A model generated the notes under the pieces. It saw only the letters and a list, made by a program, of their open reading frames with translations, had not been told where the DNA came from and did no database searches. DNA of 64,000 bases from an uncultured virus (IMG/VR IMGVR_UViG_3300008113_000015). Taxonomy: Duplodnaviria; Heunggongvirae; Uroviricota; Caudoviricetes. Numbering within the stretch: the stretch's first letter is position 1; the number at the start of each line of letters is the position of its first letter. The stretch is from positions 62,001-126,000 of IMG/VR virus record IMGVR_UViG_3300008113_000015; one strand, written 5' to 3'. Both the position numbers and the translations under genes were made by a program. Below are positions 9,104 to 19,235 of the stretch, piece by piece.

Positions 9104-9556
9104 TTACACGGTAATATCTTCCATGCCAGCTGTGCGTAATCTAGTGATATGACCCAGCTGCCATTGCTTGGTTTCTAGGCCTTTCATGATACCCAACCAG
9201 CGGTTACGCAATAACGCCACTTCGTTGATAATGGTTTCAAAATCAACCACTTCGTCTTCGCCATCAGCATACTTTTCAGCATCTCGACTAGTTAATGCTC
9301 TAGCATAGCTTTCAAGGTACTTTTGAAAATGTTTACGACGAATTTTGCGCAGTTGTATGTTGAGATAATTTAGCACAGCCTCAATTTCTTGTAGTTGGTT
9401 AAATCTGTGCTCCGTATGTCCCGGTAGTTCTTTAAGAGCACGTTCAACTAACCCACCAATTCTACAATCGCGTTTGGCATCTTCTAGCTCACGTTCATAG
9501 TGAGCAATAAAATCAGGAATCGCCCCAAGATCAGCAACAACTTTACTGTACCACAT
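9104..9556 (-). CDS. uvsY: UvsY-like recombination mediator
   Basis: 150 aa helical protein with KYLE.Y.RAL.SRDAEKY motif, downstream of uvsX and gp32. Confidence 0.65.
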   Translation of the reverse strand: MWYSKVVADLGAIPDFIAHYERELEDAKRDCRIGGLVERALKELPGHTEHRFNQLQEIEAVLNYLNIQLRKIRRKHFQKYLESYARALTSRDAEKYADGEDEVVDFETIINEVALLRNRWLGIMKGLETKQWQLGHITRLRTAGMEDITV

Positions 9557-10815
9557 TATATGTTTTTCTCATTGAAATATTGATTTATTTCTGGCCAAAG
9601 CTTTTTCCAATCAGTGCCGCGCCGTTGATCAATTGTGTCTAATGTTTGTTTTAGCATGTGCAATCGATCAATTTCGACAGTACCAGCAGCCGCAAGAGCT
9701 GCAATACCTTCCAGACGTTTTCGAGACTCAATGTCCCAGTCTGTAGCAATAGGAAATTCAGTTATCAGTTGATCAAACTGATGTTGAAAAAACTCACCAC
9801 CAAAAATTTGAGGATGATATATTTTCTCAAGTCCGCTGTCAACCAAGTGATAATCCTGCAGAATTTTAGGATTGATTTTTTTATACTCTGCAATTCTTTG
9901 TTGCAGATCAATAGCAGTTTTCATTGTTAATGAGGTTATTACTTGATGTACTGACAATGCCATCCACCGATGCTGCATTAACGATTCAAAATTGCGCTGC
10001 CAATTTTGTAAATTCAACCCATAGCGAACAAACTCTGCTTGATCGCCCCAGCAGTCTAAACTAGCAGACACATGAACTTGTTTGATTTTTCTTTTAACTG
10101 TGAGATCTCGACCAGCATCAATAAACCGTTGCAGGGTTTCTGCATTGCAGTTGAGATTTGTGTTTATTGCAAGCTCAAGATTTTTATTGTCAAGGCTGTA
10201 TAAGATCTCTAAGATTTGCCAGAATTCATTTTGCAACAAAGGCTCGCCACCGAGTATACTGAGCCTTGACAACTTTGATCCATTGTTTTTTAACCAATCA
10301 AGATATAGTGAAAAAAGCTGATCACGATCTGGAGATTTATTCACAGATTCTATGCCCAACGGGTATGGTCCAAACTTTTTAAGTTCTTGGTTTAACTTGG
10401 AACTAAACACTGGCAAACAATATACACATGCTAGATCGCAGGTATTGTTTAGATAAATTTCGCTGATGCGAGGTGTAACATCTAGGTTATCAGTAGCAAA
10501 ATCAACAGGGGTCAATCCTGAAATTTGATTGTGGTGCAGGCGGTCGCTAACGCCGCCTGCTTGCTCTATGTCTTGGCAGTATTCACAACCGCGTCCCGAC
10601 GGCCATTTGCCTTGCAGCATAAGGCGTCGATCATCAAGAACTTCAGGAGTATTGTGAAATGAATCAAAAGTTTCTGGGGTCACTTCGACAGGAGAAACTC
10701 TATGACAACTTGACGACTTGCCATTGTAGAGTCTTAGAGTATTCCAACCCCATTTAAGCACACATGCAGATGCATTGTGAATAGGAAAAACGCTGTTATT
10801 CCCATTCTTCGTCAT
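9556..10815 (-). CDS. Radical SAM enzyme with N-terminal SPASM/Twitch-like domain
   Basis: CDLACVYC (CxxxCxxC) and LGGEP; N-terminal CVLKW...SCHR...GCEYC. ATG at 10815 preferred, since the track's longer N-terminus is just another frame of the upstream gene. Confidence 0.85.
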   Translation of the reverse strand: MTKNGNNSVFPIHNASACVLKWGWNTLRLYNGKSSSCHRVSPVEVTPETFDSFHNTPEVLDDRRLMLQGKWPSGRGCEYCQDIEQAGGVSDRLHHNQISGLTPVDFATDNLDVTPRISEIYLNNTCDLACVYCLPVFSSKLNQELKKFGPYPLGIESVNKSPDRDQLFSLYLDWLKNNGSKLSRLSILGGEPLLQNEFWQILEILYSLDNKNLELAINTNLNCNAETLQRFIDAGRDLTVKRKIKQVHVSASLDCWGDQAEFVRYGLNLQNWQRNFESLMQHRWMALSVHQVITSLTMKTAIDLQQRIAEYKKINPKILQDYHLVDSGLEKIYHPQIFGGEFFQHQFDQLITEFPIATDWDIESRKRLEGIAALAAAGTVEIDRLHMLKQTLDTIDQRRGTDWKKLWPEINQYFNEKNI

Positions 10816-11053
10816 TGTATTCACTGTCTTCGTCGTACTCTTCTTCTTGTTCGTAGTCCTTGTCGTTGTCAAGGTAACTAGTGAGAGCACGTTTAACATC
10901 CGAATCGTGTTTGAAGACATCTCGAATGTCTTCGGGATCTTCGTCGTTGTCAATGAGAATCGATACCAACGTTTCCGCGGCTTCTGTTCTATCAACGGTG
11001 TTAACGTAGCGTTTTAGCTCACCCCAAATTTCGCTAGCGATATGTGAATGCAT
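10796..11053 (-). CDS. Hypothetical acidic protein
   Basis: 85 aa, stop/start overlap with uvsX, acidic C-terminal tail. Confidence 0.75.
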   Translation of the reverse strand: MHSHIASEIWGELKRYVNTVDRTEAAETLVSILIDNDEDPEDIRDVFKHDSDVKRALTSYLDNDKDYEQEEEYDEDSEYNDEEWE

Positions 11054-12114
11054 TAGACCTCCTCGTTGTCAGCTTCGCTGGTACTTACCTTGTCTGCTTG
11101 ATTGGCAAAATCTGCCATGATCTTGTCAAGACAACCGTCTTCGTTGGCTTCCCAAGCTTTACGGAACTGTTTGATAATTTCACCGTCTGATGTAACAAAC
11201 ATCAATCGGTTACCGTCTTTTTTCAGCATGCCTTTCTTTTCAGCCAAGTCAACAAGACCACTGTAAGGGCTCATGCCTTGTTCATAAGGAATTTTAACTT
11301 GCACACCTTCAAATGGTTTGGCATAGCGAGTTTTCATAACCTTGCATGCACTTCGAATGCCCATGACGTCTGTGACTTTGTTGCCATCCTCATCTTCTTT
11401 GAGTTTGAGTTTGCGCATGGCCACAACAATTGAGCTAGCGTAAATGAAACCTTGACCGCCTGAGATTTTGTCGTCTGGGTCAAACATGTCTTGTGAAGCG
11501 TATGTATGATTAGTACATACCAAGCCAACGTTGTAGCTACCGAACATATTGACACAATTGCGAACCAAGGCTGTGAGTGCTTTGGGCTTGCGACCTAAGT
11601 CACCTTTCATTTCGCCTGCTTCAAACTGATTAACGTCTGTGGGAGTCAACAACATACCCAGGCTGTCGATTACAAACATGACTTTAGGGCGCTCACCGTC
11701 GGGCAGAGCCTTGTAATCACTCATGAATGTAGCAATGGTCTTGGCCACATCATCGATCATGGCCATACTCAGCTTCAGCAATTTGCTTTCGTCTGTGCTT
11801 ACACCAAGTGCGTGTAGCCAGGCTTCGTCAAGAGCGTTTTCTGAGTCAATCAGCACAACATAGATGCCTTGTTCTTGTGCGTGTTTGATAATGTTGCCTG
11901 AGCAGATGTAACTTTTACCTGCGCCGGATTCTCCAGCAAACACAGTAACCTTGCCTAGTGGAACGCCTTTGTTGAAGTCTCCACTGATTAGATAATTCAG
12001 TGCATAGTTGCCTGTTGAGATCCAATCTGTAGGATCATTAAAGCCGATACTAAGGCCGTCAATGCTCTTAGTGATTTCCTTGCGGAATTTTGAAATGTCA
12101 AATGGTTTACCCAT
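11053..12114 (-). CDS. uvsX: UvsX/RecA-like recombinase
   Basis: STGNYALNYLISG, GESGAGKS (Walker A), IDSENA, VIDSLG, NHTY and SGG.G..Y motifs. Confidence 0.95.
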   Translation of the reverse strand: MGKPFDISKFRKEITKSIDGLSIGFNDPTDWISTGNYALNYLISGDFNKGVPLGKVTVFAGESGAGKSYICSGNIIKHAQEQGIYVVLIDSENALDEAWLHALGVSTDESKLLKLSMAMIDDVAKTIATFMSDYKALPDGERPKVMFVIDSLGMLLTPTDVNQFEAGEMKGDLGRKPKALTALVRNCVNMFGSYNVGLVCTNHTYASQDMFDPDDKISGGQGFIYASSIVVAMRKLKLKEDEDGNKVTDVMGIRSACKVMKTRYAKPFEGVQVKIPYEQGMSPYSGLVDLAEKKGMLKKDGNRLMFVTSDGEIIKQFRKAWEANEDGCLDKIMADFANQADKVSTSEADNEEV

Positions 12115-12116
12115 GA

Positions 12117-12863
12117 TCAATCCTTAAACAATTTTATATAATCTACTGTATTAGTAGGAAAGAATTTTAATCTGCGCGGTTGCTCATAAAATCTTTTATT
12201 GGTTTTTTGCATTACCAACATATGACACATCGCTGTTTCAAAAAAATCAAGATCAACTGCGTATTCCTTTCCGTCGGTAACATCAGTTGATATTTTAACA
12301 CACTTTTCAATAGTGTTAAAGTATTCTTGGTTAGACTCTGCAACAATGTGACAAAAATCTTCAACCTTTTCATCCACAGGGTGCAGTCCACACTCTTTCA
12401 AAAACAACGACACAGCGGCCGGGCTATTCCAAAAACTTGTTATGTCAAGCACGTGGTCAGCATCTGCAAACCAACCTTCAGACTGATGTACTTTGTCCAA
12501 CAATGTGTTAGATAATACTTCAATCTGTTCTTGAATAGTAACTCCATCTTGACGTAGAATCACAGGTTTGTTGAACTCAGGAATAGCCTTTTTCCACTTT
12601 TTTAATCCCATCAATATAATCAATAGCCTACCAAACGTACTAAACGAACTTGAACTAATGATTGTATTGCCTGCTGCTCTTTCTTTGACCATATCAATAT
12701 CTGGATGTTTTACTTGATAGAATCTAGAAAGAGGATAGTGATGATGTAAGTTGTTGCCCTTAACAAAAGAAGGAAACGCAGAGTTTCCTTCTTTTGTACA
12801 ACAGTCCATTAGAGCTGTTACTGTATGCCCTAATGCACCGTTGTGGTAGCAAAAAGCAAGCAT
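12117..12863 (-). CDS. Hypothetical protein, AT-rich gene between gp32 and uvsX
   Basis: 248 aa ORF with TAATG overlap with gp32; visibly AT-richer than its neighbours. Confidence 0.7.
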   Translation of the reverse strand: MLAFCYHNGALGHTVTALMDCCTKEGNSAFPSFVKGNNLHHHYPLSRFYQVKHPDIDMVKERAAGNTIISSSSFSTFGRLLIILMGLKKWKKAIPEFNKPVILRQDGVTIQEQIEVLSNTLLDKVHQSEGWFADADHVLDITSFWNSPAAVSLFLKECGLHPVDEKVEDFCHIVAESNQEYFNTIEKCVKISTDVTDGKEYAVDLDFFETAMCHMLVMQKTNKRFYEQPRRLKFFPTNTVDYIKLFKD

Positions 12864-13858
12864 TACTTGGTTTGACGGCTACGGATCATGGCCAAAATGT
12901 CTTGTGCATTTTGTGTTGCCTTGGGTGCTGCAATCGGTGCAGCGGCTGCTTCAGCGGCGTCTTCTTCCCATGGTGCTGCTTCTGCTGCCGGAGCAGGAGT
13001 TGCTGTACGTGCCACAGGTGCAGGTGCTGCTGGTGCTGCGGCTTCGTCTGTGCTGCCGCCTTGAGGAGCGCCAACTCCGGCTGGGCGGAAGTACTGACCC
13101 CAACGCTCTGTGTCGTAAGGCTGACCATCTACTGATGCTTCAAACATCTCTTTGATCACTTTGAGTTCAACATCGCCTGGCTTCTTGGGCAGGAACGTAC
13201 TCAAATCAAACAAGCCATGTTTTTCGACAGCGGCTTGCTCGTCTTCAGTGAGTGCTGACTCTTTACGTGCCCACTTGCTTCCGTTGTAGTCAGCGAAACC
13301 GCCCTTGCTGCCTTTGCTGATGCGGAAGTCCAAGCCACGCAGATAATCTGTGGGCAGTTCTTCCAGTTCAGGATCCATCAACGCACCTTTGATGGTGGTA
13401 AAGATCTGAGGACCAATAATGAACTTACGGATTGGGTTTTCAGGAGTTGTATCATCGCTGAGTGGATTCTCGCGAACAAAACCTTGGAAGATGTAGCTAC
13501 GCTTCTTCCAGTATTTGCGACCCATGTCTTCAAGGCTCTTGTCCTTGAACCAGGTACGCACCTCTGTCAAGATAGGGCAGGTCTCGCCCCACATTTCCAC
13601 GCAAGGTACTTGAACCATAACTTGCTTGGAGTCCATTTCGCCTTTGACGCCGTTGAAGGGTAGACGAATCATTGCTCGTTCTTGCCAGAAGAAAGTGTTC
13701 TTAGGATTGCCATCTGGGAGGAAGCGCAGTGTGGCGCTTTGGCCTTCTTCCATATTCCAGTGTGGGTAGATTGATCGGTCACCGCCTCCGGTGCTACCTT
13801 CTTTGCCTTTGTTTTCTGCTGCCTGTAAACGTGCGCGGATTTCTGCTAATGATGCCAT
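12863..13858 (-). CDS. T4 gp32-like single-stranded DNA-binding protein
   Basis: LRFLPDG, PCVEMW..CP, YWKKRSY, DY..G.DF.I.K and ADY..SKW motifs; Ala/Pro linker; C-terminal DILAMIRSR. Confidence 0.9.
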   Translation of the reverse strand: MASLAEIRARLQAAENKGKEGSTGGGDRSIYPHWNMEEGQSATLRFLPDGNPKNTFFWQERAMIRLPFNGVKGEMDSKQVMVQVPCVEMWGETCPILTEVRTWFKDKSLEDMGRKYWKKRSYIFQGFVRENPLSDDTTPENPIRKFIIGPQIFTTIKGALMDPELEELPTDYLRGLDFRISKGSKGGFADYNGSKWARKESALTEDEQAAVEKHGLFDLSTFLPKKPGDVELKVIKEMFEASVDGQPYDTERWGQYFRPAGVGAPQGGSTDEAAAPAAPAPVARTATPAPAAEAAPWEEDAAEAAAAPIAAPKATQNAQDILAMIRSRQTK

Positions 13859-13940
13859 AGTATTTTACCTTTCTAAAGTTGCCTATGTTATATGCCTATC
13901 TAATAATTTAGATGTTTAGTTGCCTGTGCATACAAGTTGT

Positions 13941-13969
13941 ATTGTACGCGAATGTATTTAGTATCACAA
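13941..13969 (-). promoter_or_regulatory. Nested sigma70-like and late promoters of gp32
   Basis: TTGTGA-17 bp-TACAAT with a TAAATA box (13955-13960) inside the spacer. Confidence 0.5.
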
Positions 13970-14006
13970 TACAAAAGGCAAAGTTTTTTGTTCAATAAGT
14001 ACTGTG

Positions 14007-15347
14007 ATGGACAACAATCCTTTTTATGTCTACGACACGCATGACTGTGTGTGGACCAGCAATCCTGAATTTAAAAATTTAACCGAATGGTTTGTGTGGG
14101 ACCCGCATACCTGGTGGGAGTATGCCTATGCATTGTCGCAGGGTGTGGAGTTCTTCCCAAACGCAGAAATATATCGCGGCGTACGGCCACCTGGTCCAGG
14201 AGAGATTGACTTTGGCAACGACAAACGAAAAAAAGTTGCTATCTTGTTTTACGAACATGTTAGACGACATCTTGCATCTGGACAGGTATCTGACTCTGGT
14301 CCCATTGAGGACTACCCAAATGAGATTGTAAACACAGCATTGAACTGGGCTGACATTGTTATTACCTACAGTACAGAACCACTGCAAAATTGGTGGCCTC
14401 GTATCTACGGAGACATCAACTATGCGGTACACCATGACAAAATCAAATGTGTGTTTGCCAGCCACATGCCCTATACTGATCCGCCACCTGATCGTTTTTA
14501 TACAGATCAATTGAGTTTCTTCAGCATGGTTGCCACAGCTAACCAATACAAAGATATAACCGAAGTCACTGTGCCATTTAGGAAATACATGTTTGATATC
14601 TTGATGGGTACAGTGAAGACCAGTCGTTTGTATTTGATGTATCGATTGCTAGAATCTGACTTCATGGATCAATGCTTGATCAATTTGCAGCCCAGCCCAC
14701 ACGGCGACGATGTCAGCAGATTGCGAACTGTTGACCCGCAAGGCTTCAAAACACACGGACTTATTCAACGTTTTCAAAGTCCTGCACTGGCGGACCTAGA
14801 AGAACCTGTGATTGCCAAATTCAAAGAACAAACCAAAGATCTCGATGCAAGAGGACAATACAGTGTGAATCTTGTGCACCGTCCAGATTTTGGTGTGCCT
14901 GGGGACAATGTATCAATGAGTTGCATTGTGCCTTGGGGAGTGTATCAATCCAGCTGGTACAGTGTTGTTTGCGAGACTGCGGATTTTGGTAATGTAACTT
15001 TTTTGTCTGAAAAAACAGCCAAGTGTTTGTTTGCAAAACGTGTCTTTATTATGTTCGGGGGCCGTGGTCTTTTACGTAGGCTACGCAATCTAGGATTCCG
15101 CACGTTTCACGGAGACATCATTGACGAAAGGTACGACGACGAGCCTGATAATTCCAAACGCTATGCCCTAGCCTGGCAACAAATAGTAAAACTACAGCAC
15201 ACAGATGGACCTCGTCGGGTGTACGATCATTTCAAAGAAGTACTAGAGCACAACCATCAAATGATGTTGGCTTTGCCTAAACAACAACTCAAGAACATTC
15301 AACAATTTATTCACGCTCCTTTTGCTCTAGAGCAAACAAAAATATAA
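14007..15347 (+). CDS. Hypothetical protein with GT10-like C-terminal domain
   Basis: VVCET...FLSEKTAKCL...GFRTF...DERYD resembles the GT10 (ENS...TEK) region; TAAGTA box 5 nt before ATG. Confidence 0.5.
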   Translation: MDNNPFYVYDTHDCVWTSNPEFKNLTEWFVWDPHTWWEYAYALSQGVEFFPNAEIYRGVRPPGPGEIDFGNDKRKKVAILFYEHVRRHLASGQVSDSGPIEDYPNEIVNTALNWADIVITYSTEPLQNWWPRIYGDINYAVHHDKIKCVFASHMPYTDPPPDRFYTDQLSFFSMVATANQYKDITEVTVPFRKYMFDILMGTVKTSRLYLMYRLLESDFMDQCLINLQPSPHGDDVSRLRTVDPQGFKTHGLIQRFQSPALADLEEPVIAKFKEQTKDLDARGQYSVNLVHRPDFGVPGDNVSMSCIVPWGVYQSSWYSVVCETADFGNVTFLSEKTAKCLFAKRVFIMFGGRGLLRRLRNLGFRTFHGDIIDERYDDEPDNSKRYALAWQQIVKLQHTDGPRRVYDHFKEVLEHNHQMMLALPKQQLKNIQQFIHAPFALEQTKI

Positions 15348-15378
15348 AAAACTCAGAGATTTATTAGTAAATACCATT

Positions 15379-15918
15379 ATGACTATTCACCATATCTACG
15401 ATACTGCCTCTGAAGTCACCTCTGTTGCCAGCAACCTATGGAGTGTAAAAGACTGCTTTGCTGAAGACACATTTCAACAGTTGGCTACCACACATTTGAA
15501 TCATGTGGATGCCTGGCACCGACACGCTGACTGCCTGGAGTATCGACTACAACTCACACCTGAGTCTCCTACGCTAAAACGACTGCAGGACATGGCTCCC
15601 AAAATTATGCCTGAGCTAGAAAAAATCACTGGGATCAAGCTAATGCCTGCAGAGTGTAAAATGTGGCTGGATTTGAGTAACTGGCATTGTCCTTATCACT
15701 CAGATGCTGAATTGCTGGTTGTAACTTATCAAGTGTACCTGTGGACACATGGCGATGTGCATGGCACTGAATTCACGCATAGTGATCCACGCACAAGGAT
15801 TGATTTTGTGCCCAACACAGGCTATATCAATTTAAACACTGACTGCAAAGAACACCACGTAGACACTATCACAGGCACACGGTTAAGTGCTTGCTGGCAG
15901 TTCCGCGCCAAAGTGTAA
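15379..15918 (+). CDS. 2OG-Fe(II) oxygenase
   Basis: YHSD (HxD), QVYL, GTEF, distal HHV and RLS (RxS) motifs. Confidence 0.75.
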   Translation: MTIHHIYDTASEVTSVASNLWSVKDCFAEDTFQQLATTHLNHVDAWHRHADCLEYRLQLTPESPTLKRLQDMAPKIMPELEKITGIKLMPAECKMWLDLSNWHCPYHSDAELLVVTYQVYLWTHGDVHGTEFTHSDPRTRIDFVPNTGYINLNTDCKEHHVDTITGTRLSACWQFRAKV

Positions 15919-16464
15919 GTTCACTGTTTCACGCACCGAGTTAGGTGCAACTTCGTATGCCGTTCCAAAGAACGTTCTAGGTTGATTGATCATTAACCAA
16001 GCTTCGTTGGGGCGGTATTTTATTTTGACCAAATCTTCAGGCTGGAATTCAGAAATGTCTGCGTAGTCAGCAGGGTGCTCTGCGTTCACAGTCAGGTTGT
16101 TGCAAAACACACTGCTCATTTCAGGAGCAGGTTCTGTGCCCATGAACACCTGTATAAAACATTTGATGTCTGGATGCAATCTATGCATCATGATTTGACT
16201 GCCTGATAAATCAATGCTAGAGTAAATCACTTGCTGTTGTACAGCGTAGCCTGTTAGTTGTTTGATCTGAGCAGGTGCTTGTGCTAGTGCAGACTCTAAT
16301 GTATTATTAGACCCCCAAGGTGTTAACAATCTGTTGGGATACTGTGTGGTCCATTTTTGTTCAGGGCTTCGATAACTGCGGCACACAGAATCAAAGTCCA
16401 AGAAAAAGTCTGGCAGGCGCCAGACTGTGGGAAGGATTTGTTGGGCATTACTAAAATTTAGCAT
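15883..16464 (-). CDS. 2OG-Fe(II) oxygenase-fold protein with degenerate metal ligands
   Basis: Collinear with the neighbouring gene (DLS...MHRL, IQVFM, Y.PN..W.MIN, RET) but lacks HxD in register and the distal His. Confidence 0.5.
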   Translation of the reverse strand: MLNFSNAQQILPTVWRLPDFFLDFDSVCRSYRSPEQKWTTQYPNRLLTPWGSNNTLESALAQAPAQIKQLTGYAVQQQVIYSSIDLSGSQIMMHRLHPDIKCFIQVFMGTEPAPEMSSVFCNNLTVNAEHPADYADISEFQPEDLVKIKYRPNEAWLMINQPRTFFGTAYEVAPNSVRETVNLHFGAELPAST

Positions 16465-16477
16465 GCCTATATTTAAA

Positions 16478-19225
16478 TCACTTGATCATGGCTAGACTTT
16501 TTATTCTAGCCAGCAATGCATCATCAGACTTGCTTTCGTAGTATGCACCTGTAATCGCACCGTTGTAGTTGATAGGGTCATCATTGCCTTCTTCTAGACC
16601 TACATTGCCCGGTTGTGCTCCGTTGGCTACACGCCATGCATCGTCAAATGATCGATATGTAGAGTCTTGACGGTCAATTGTTCTGTCAGAACCATCTTGC
16701 GTCCAGCCACCGGGCAACTTTGTCCAAGTTCTGCCTTTGGCGTCTTTGATTTGCGGTTTTATTTTAGGTGGTACATCCACTATGCCATTGAACTTTTGTA
16801 GTGTGTTCACATCAACGTTGCTCTTGATACCTTGAACACCTCCAGGTGCCGCAGGTGCTGCGGCTTGTGGAGCAGGTGCTGGGTTAGCTGCCGCGGGCTT
16901 TGCTACTGGTGTAATTTTCTTAGTCATGTCCAGAGTGCCGCCCTTTTTTACCGTGCCCGGACCCGCCTTTAGACCCGACTTTGCAACAGTCAGTGGTTTG
17001 CCAGTGTTTGGATCATATCCTTGCGGGGCAGCCGCAATTCTTGCTTGGGTGGCTGCATTAGGAACTACCGGAGCAGGTGCTGCCGCTGTAGCAGGTGCTG
17101 CCGCAGGTGCTGCCGCAGGTGCTGCCGCAGGTGCTGCCGCAGGTGCTGCCGCAGGTTTTGCAAACATACTTTTGACTTTGTTGACTGCATTGCCAATAAC
17201 ACCTTCGTCAACTTCATCTTCGGGCTTGCCGTACAAGTATGTAACAGTTCCCATTGGACTGATAACGTGAGTAACATCATAACCTTCATCGTCAAACCGA
17301 GCCAGTAACTTTTTAGCACCAACAACTTCATAACGTTCAGGTTTATATTCGTGAACTAGTTCGTCACCGTCCATGATTCTCCAGATGTCGTTGCGTAGAT
17401 AGTAGTGTTTGTCTCTACCGTCATCATCGCCTTCACCTATAACTGGAGCCATACCGCCTGCAACTGTGCCCATTTCATACATGCTACCACATTCGGCAAG
17501 ACCGTGTTCAGGACAGTATTCACCTTCTGTGGTCATGTTACATGAGCCCTCGCCTAACACAGCGGCAGCGTCAGTTTCAAATGTAGCCACAGGATCAGCT
17601 TCTCCTAGTGCACGAAAGCCCATGCCGCCTAGATCTTGATCTAAACGCTGTGACACCCACTCATAGGGATCGCCGTCACGAGCTTTGGCTACGCCATAGG
17701 GAATTTCTCCGCGATCGCTGTAGTAGTCAAACAGTGCTTCATACAAGTCACTGTCTAACTCGCCACCTTTGCGGAACTGATTTACTTCAAATTTGAAACG
17801 ATCTAAAATGTGACCAAGTGTTTCTCCTGCTTCGTCAAGTATTTGAGCTTCAGTTACAACGCCAGCAAGTTTTAGAATACGAGCAAAGTCTTCTGCTACA
17901 CTTTGTTGCGGAGCAGGTGCAGGGGCAGGTGCAGCAGCATCGGGTGCAGCAGCATCGGGTGCAGCAGCCATGGTATCTTCGGCGCCAGCAGGCGAAATGC
18001 CTTCAGTTTCAATACCCAACTCACGCAGTCTGTTCATGACTTCTGTATCGTTCCATGCATTAGCTCTAGGGTCACGTTGAGCTAGATCACCAAGACGATC
18101 AAACAACTCATCATCACCTATTAGATCATACAACTGTTCAGTGGCATTGGTAGCATCTGGGCCCACAATGAGTTCTTTGCCCATGAGCTCTTTTAATTTG
18201 GCAACTTGTTCAGGAGTTTCGGGCAAGCTCCACGTGCCTTCGACCAGTTGGTTCATCCAAGATTCAAAAATGTCTGCTTCTTTCATAGTATTTCCTTGTT
18301 GCTGTATTCGAGCCAATAACGGTAGTGCAGCTTCGATACGTGTGTCTAGAGTTTGTTCAATGAACATGGTCTTGATATCTTCTACCAAGCTTTCTTGTTC
18401 TTGAACATCCAGCGGGTGCCAGCTTTCAAAATAGGTTTTATAACCGCGGCTGTTGCCAAGATGTTTTATACTTTCTTGCAGCTTGGCATAGTAGTGTTGT
18501 GCTTGTTCAACAATTTGTTGAGTCACGCCTTCCATCACACGATGGCCAGCAGCACGATTAAAACGGCTCAGCACTTTCATTTCTGTGACTATTTCACAGA
18601 TATGATTGCCGCGAACATCATAGGGCTTGCCACCTTGACGAACATGTTCAAGCATGGCCCGAGAACCTGACATATTTGTAAATGGTAGCTTGAAACGTTC
18701 GCCGTCGGCTGTTTCAATAAAAACGCTTTCAACATATCGGAATCGTGCGTCATTTTCGCCTAGGGTCCGATTGTGTTTGATCATGAGACGAGCCTCAGTG
18801 GGCTCGCCAGTGTAACTTATTTTACGTGTACCGTAGTAACCTTCAAACAAGCCTTCTTTGATGGCAGCAATGCCTGCTTGTACACGTTTGAGTTTGCCAA
18901 TGTCCATCAACGTACCGCTCCAGCGATTACGATTGGCAAGATCCATGAGTTGTTGCTGAAAGTCAAAAAATTCTGAACGATCATCTGTGTCTTCGATGGT
19001 TTTACCTAGGTTATCGCCGTACATGATATACATTTCGTTGTCGCTGCCTAGGACAACTACCATGGTGCCATAGTTTTTGCCTGAGCCAGAAACATAGTCA
19101 AAGCTGAATGTTTTGGCGTTTTCTGCGTCTGCAGGCCGGCCATCTTTGCCCAGCATTTCAGGGTGAAAATCGCGGGTGTCTAACAAGTCTGCTAGTTTTT
19201 GTTCAAGATTAAGTTCTGTGGTCAT
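16478..19225 (-). CDS. Large virion/head-associated protein with Ala/Pro-rich linkers
   Basis: 915 aa, downstream of the terminase with a late box; many [LIV]xE sites; C-terminal LARIKSLA. Confidence 0.65.
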   Translation of the reverse strand: MTTELNLEQKLADLLDTRDFHPEMLGKDGRPADAENAKTFSFDYVSGSGKNYGTMVVVLGSDNEMYIMYGDNLGKTIEDTDDRSEFFDFQQQLMDLANRNRWSGTLMDIGKLKRVQAGIAAIKEGLFEGYYGTRKISYTGEPTEARLMIKHNRTLGENDARFRYVESVFIETADGERFKLPFTNMSGSRAMLEHVRQGGKPYDVRGNHICEIVTEMKVLSRFNRAAGHRVMEGVTQQIVEQAQHYYAKLQESIKHLGNSRGYKTYFESWHPLDVQEQESLVEDIKTMFIEQTLDTRIEAALPLLARIQQQGNTMKEADIFESWMNQLVEGTWSLPETPEQVAKLKELMGKELIVGPDATNATEQLYDLIGDDELFDRLGDLAQRDPRANAWNDTEVMNRLRELGIETEGISPAGAEDTMAAAPDAAAPDAAAPAPAPAPQQSVAEDFARILKLAGVVTEAQILDEAGETLGHILDRFKFEVNQFRKGGELDSDLYEALFDYYSDRGEIPYGVAKARDGDPYEWVSQRLDQDLGGMGFRALGEADPVATFETDAAAVLGEGSCNMTTEGEYCPEHGLAECGSMYEMGTVAGGMAPVIGEGDDDGRDKHYYLRNDIWRIMDGDELVHEYKPERYEVVGAKKLLARFDDEGYDVTHVISPMGTVTYLYGKPEDEVDEGVIGNAVNKVKSMFAKPAAAPAAAPAAAPAAAPAAAPATAAAPAPVVPNAATQARIAAAPQGYDPNTGKPLTVAKSGLKAGPGTVKKGGTLDMTKKITPVAKPAAANPAPAPQAAAPAAPGGVQGIKSNVDVNTLQKFNGIVDVPPKIKPQIKDAKGRTWTKLPGGWTQDGSDRTIDRQDSTYRSFDDAWRVANGAQPGNVGLEEGNDDPINYNGAITGAYYESKSDDALLARIKSLAMIK
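17091..17156. repeat. 12-bp tandem repeat GCAGGTGCTGCC x5.5 (encodes PAAA)
   Basis: Exact copies counted at 17091-17156, plus one more copy at 17073-17084. Confidence 0.95.
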
Positions 19226-19235
19226 AGCAGTGTAT

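Noticed and set aside
10816..10995. N-terminal extension of the radical SAM ORF in the track
   Set aside because: Alternative frame of the acidic 85-aa gene; ATG at 10815 is more plausible
17021..17331. Cys/Arg-rich (CCRR)n and (RQHL)n ORFs as possible peptide precursors
   Set aside because: Other reading frames of the 12-bp PAAA repeat
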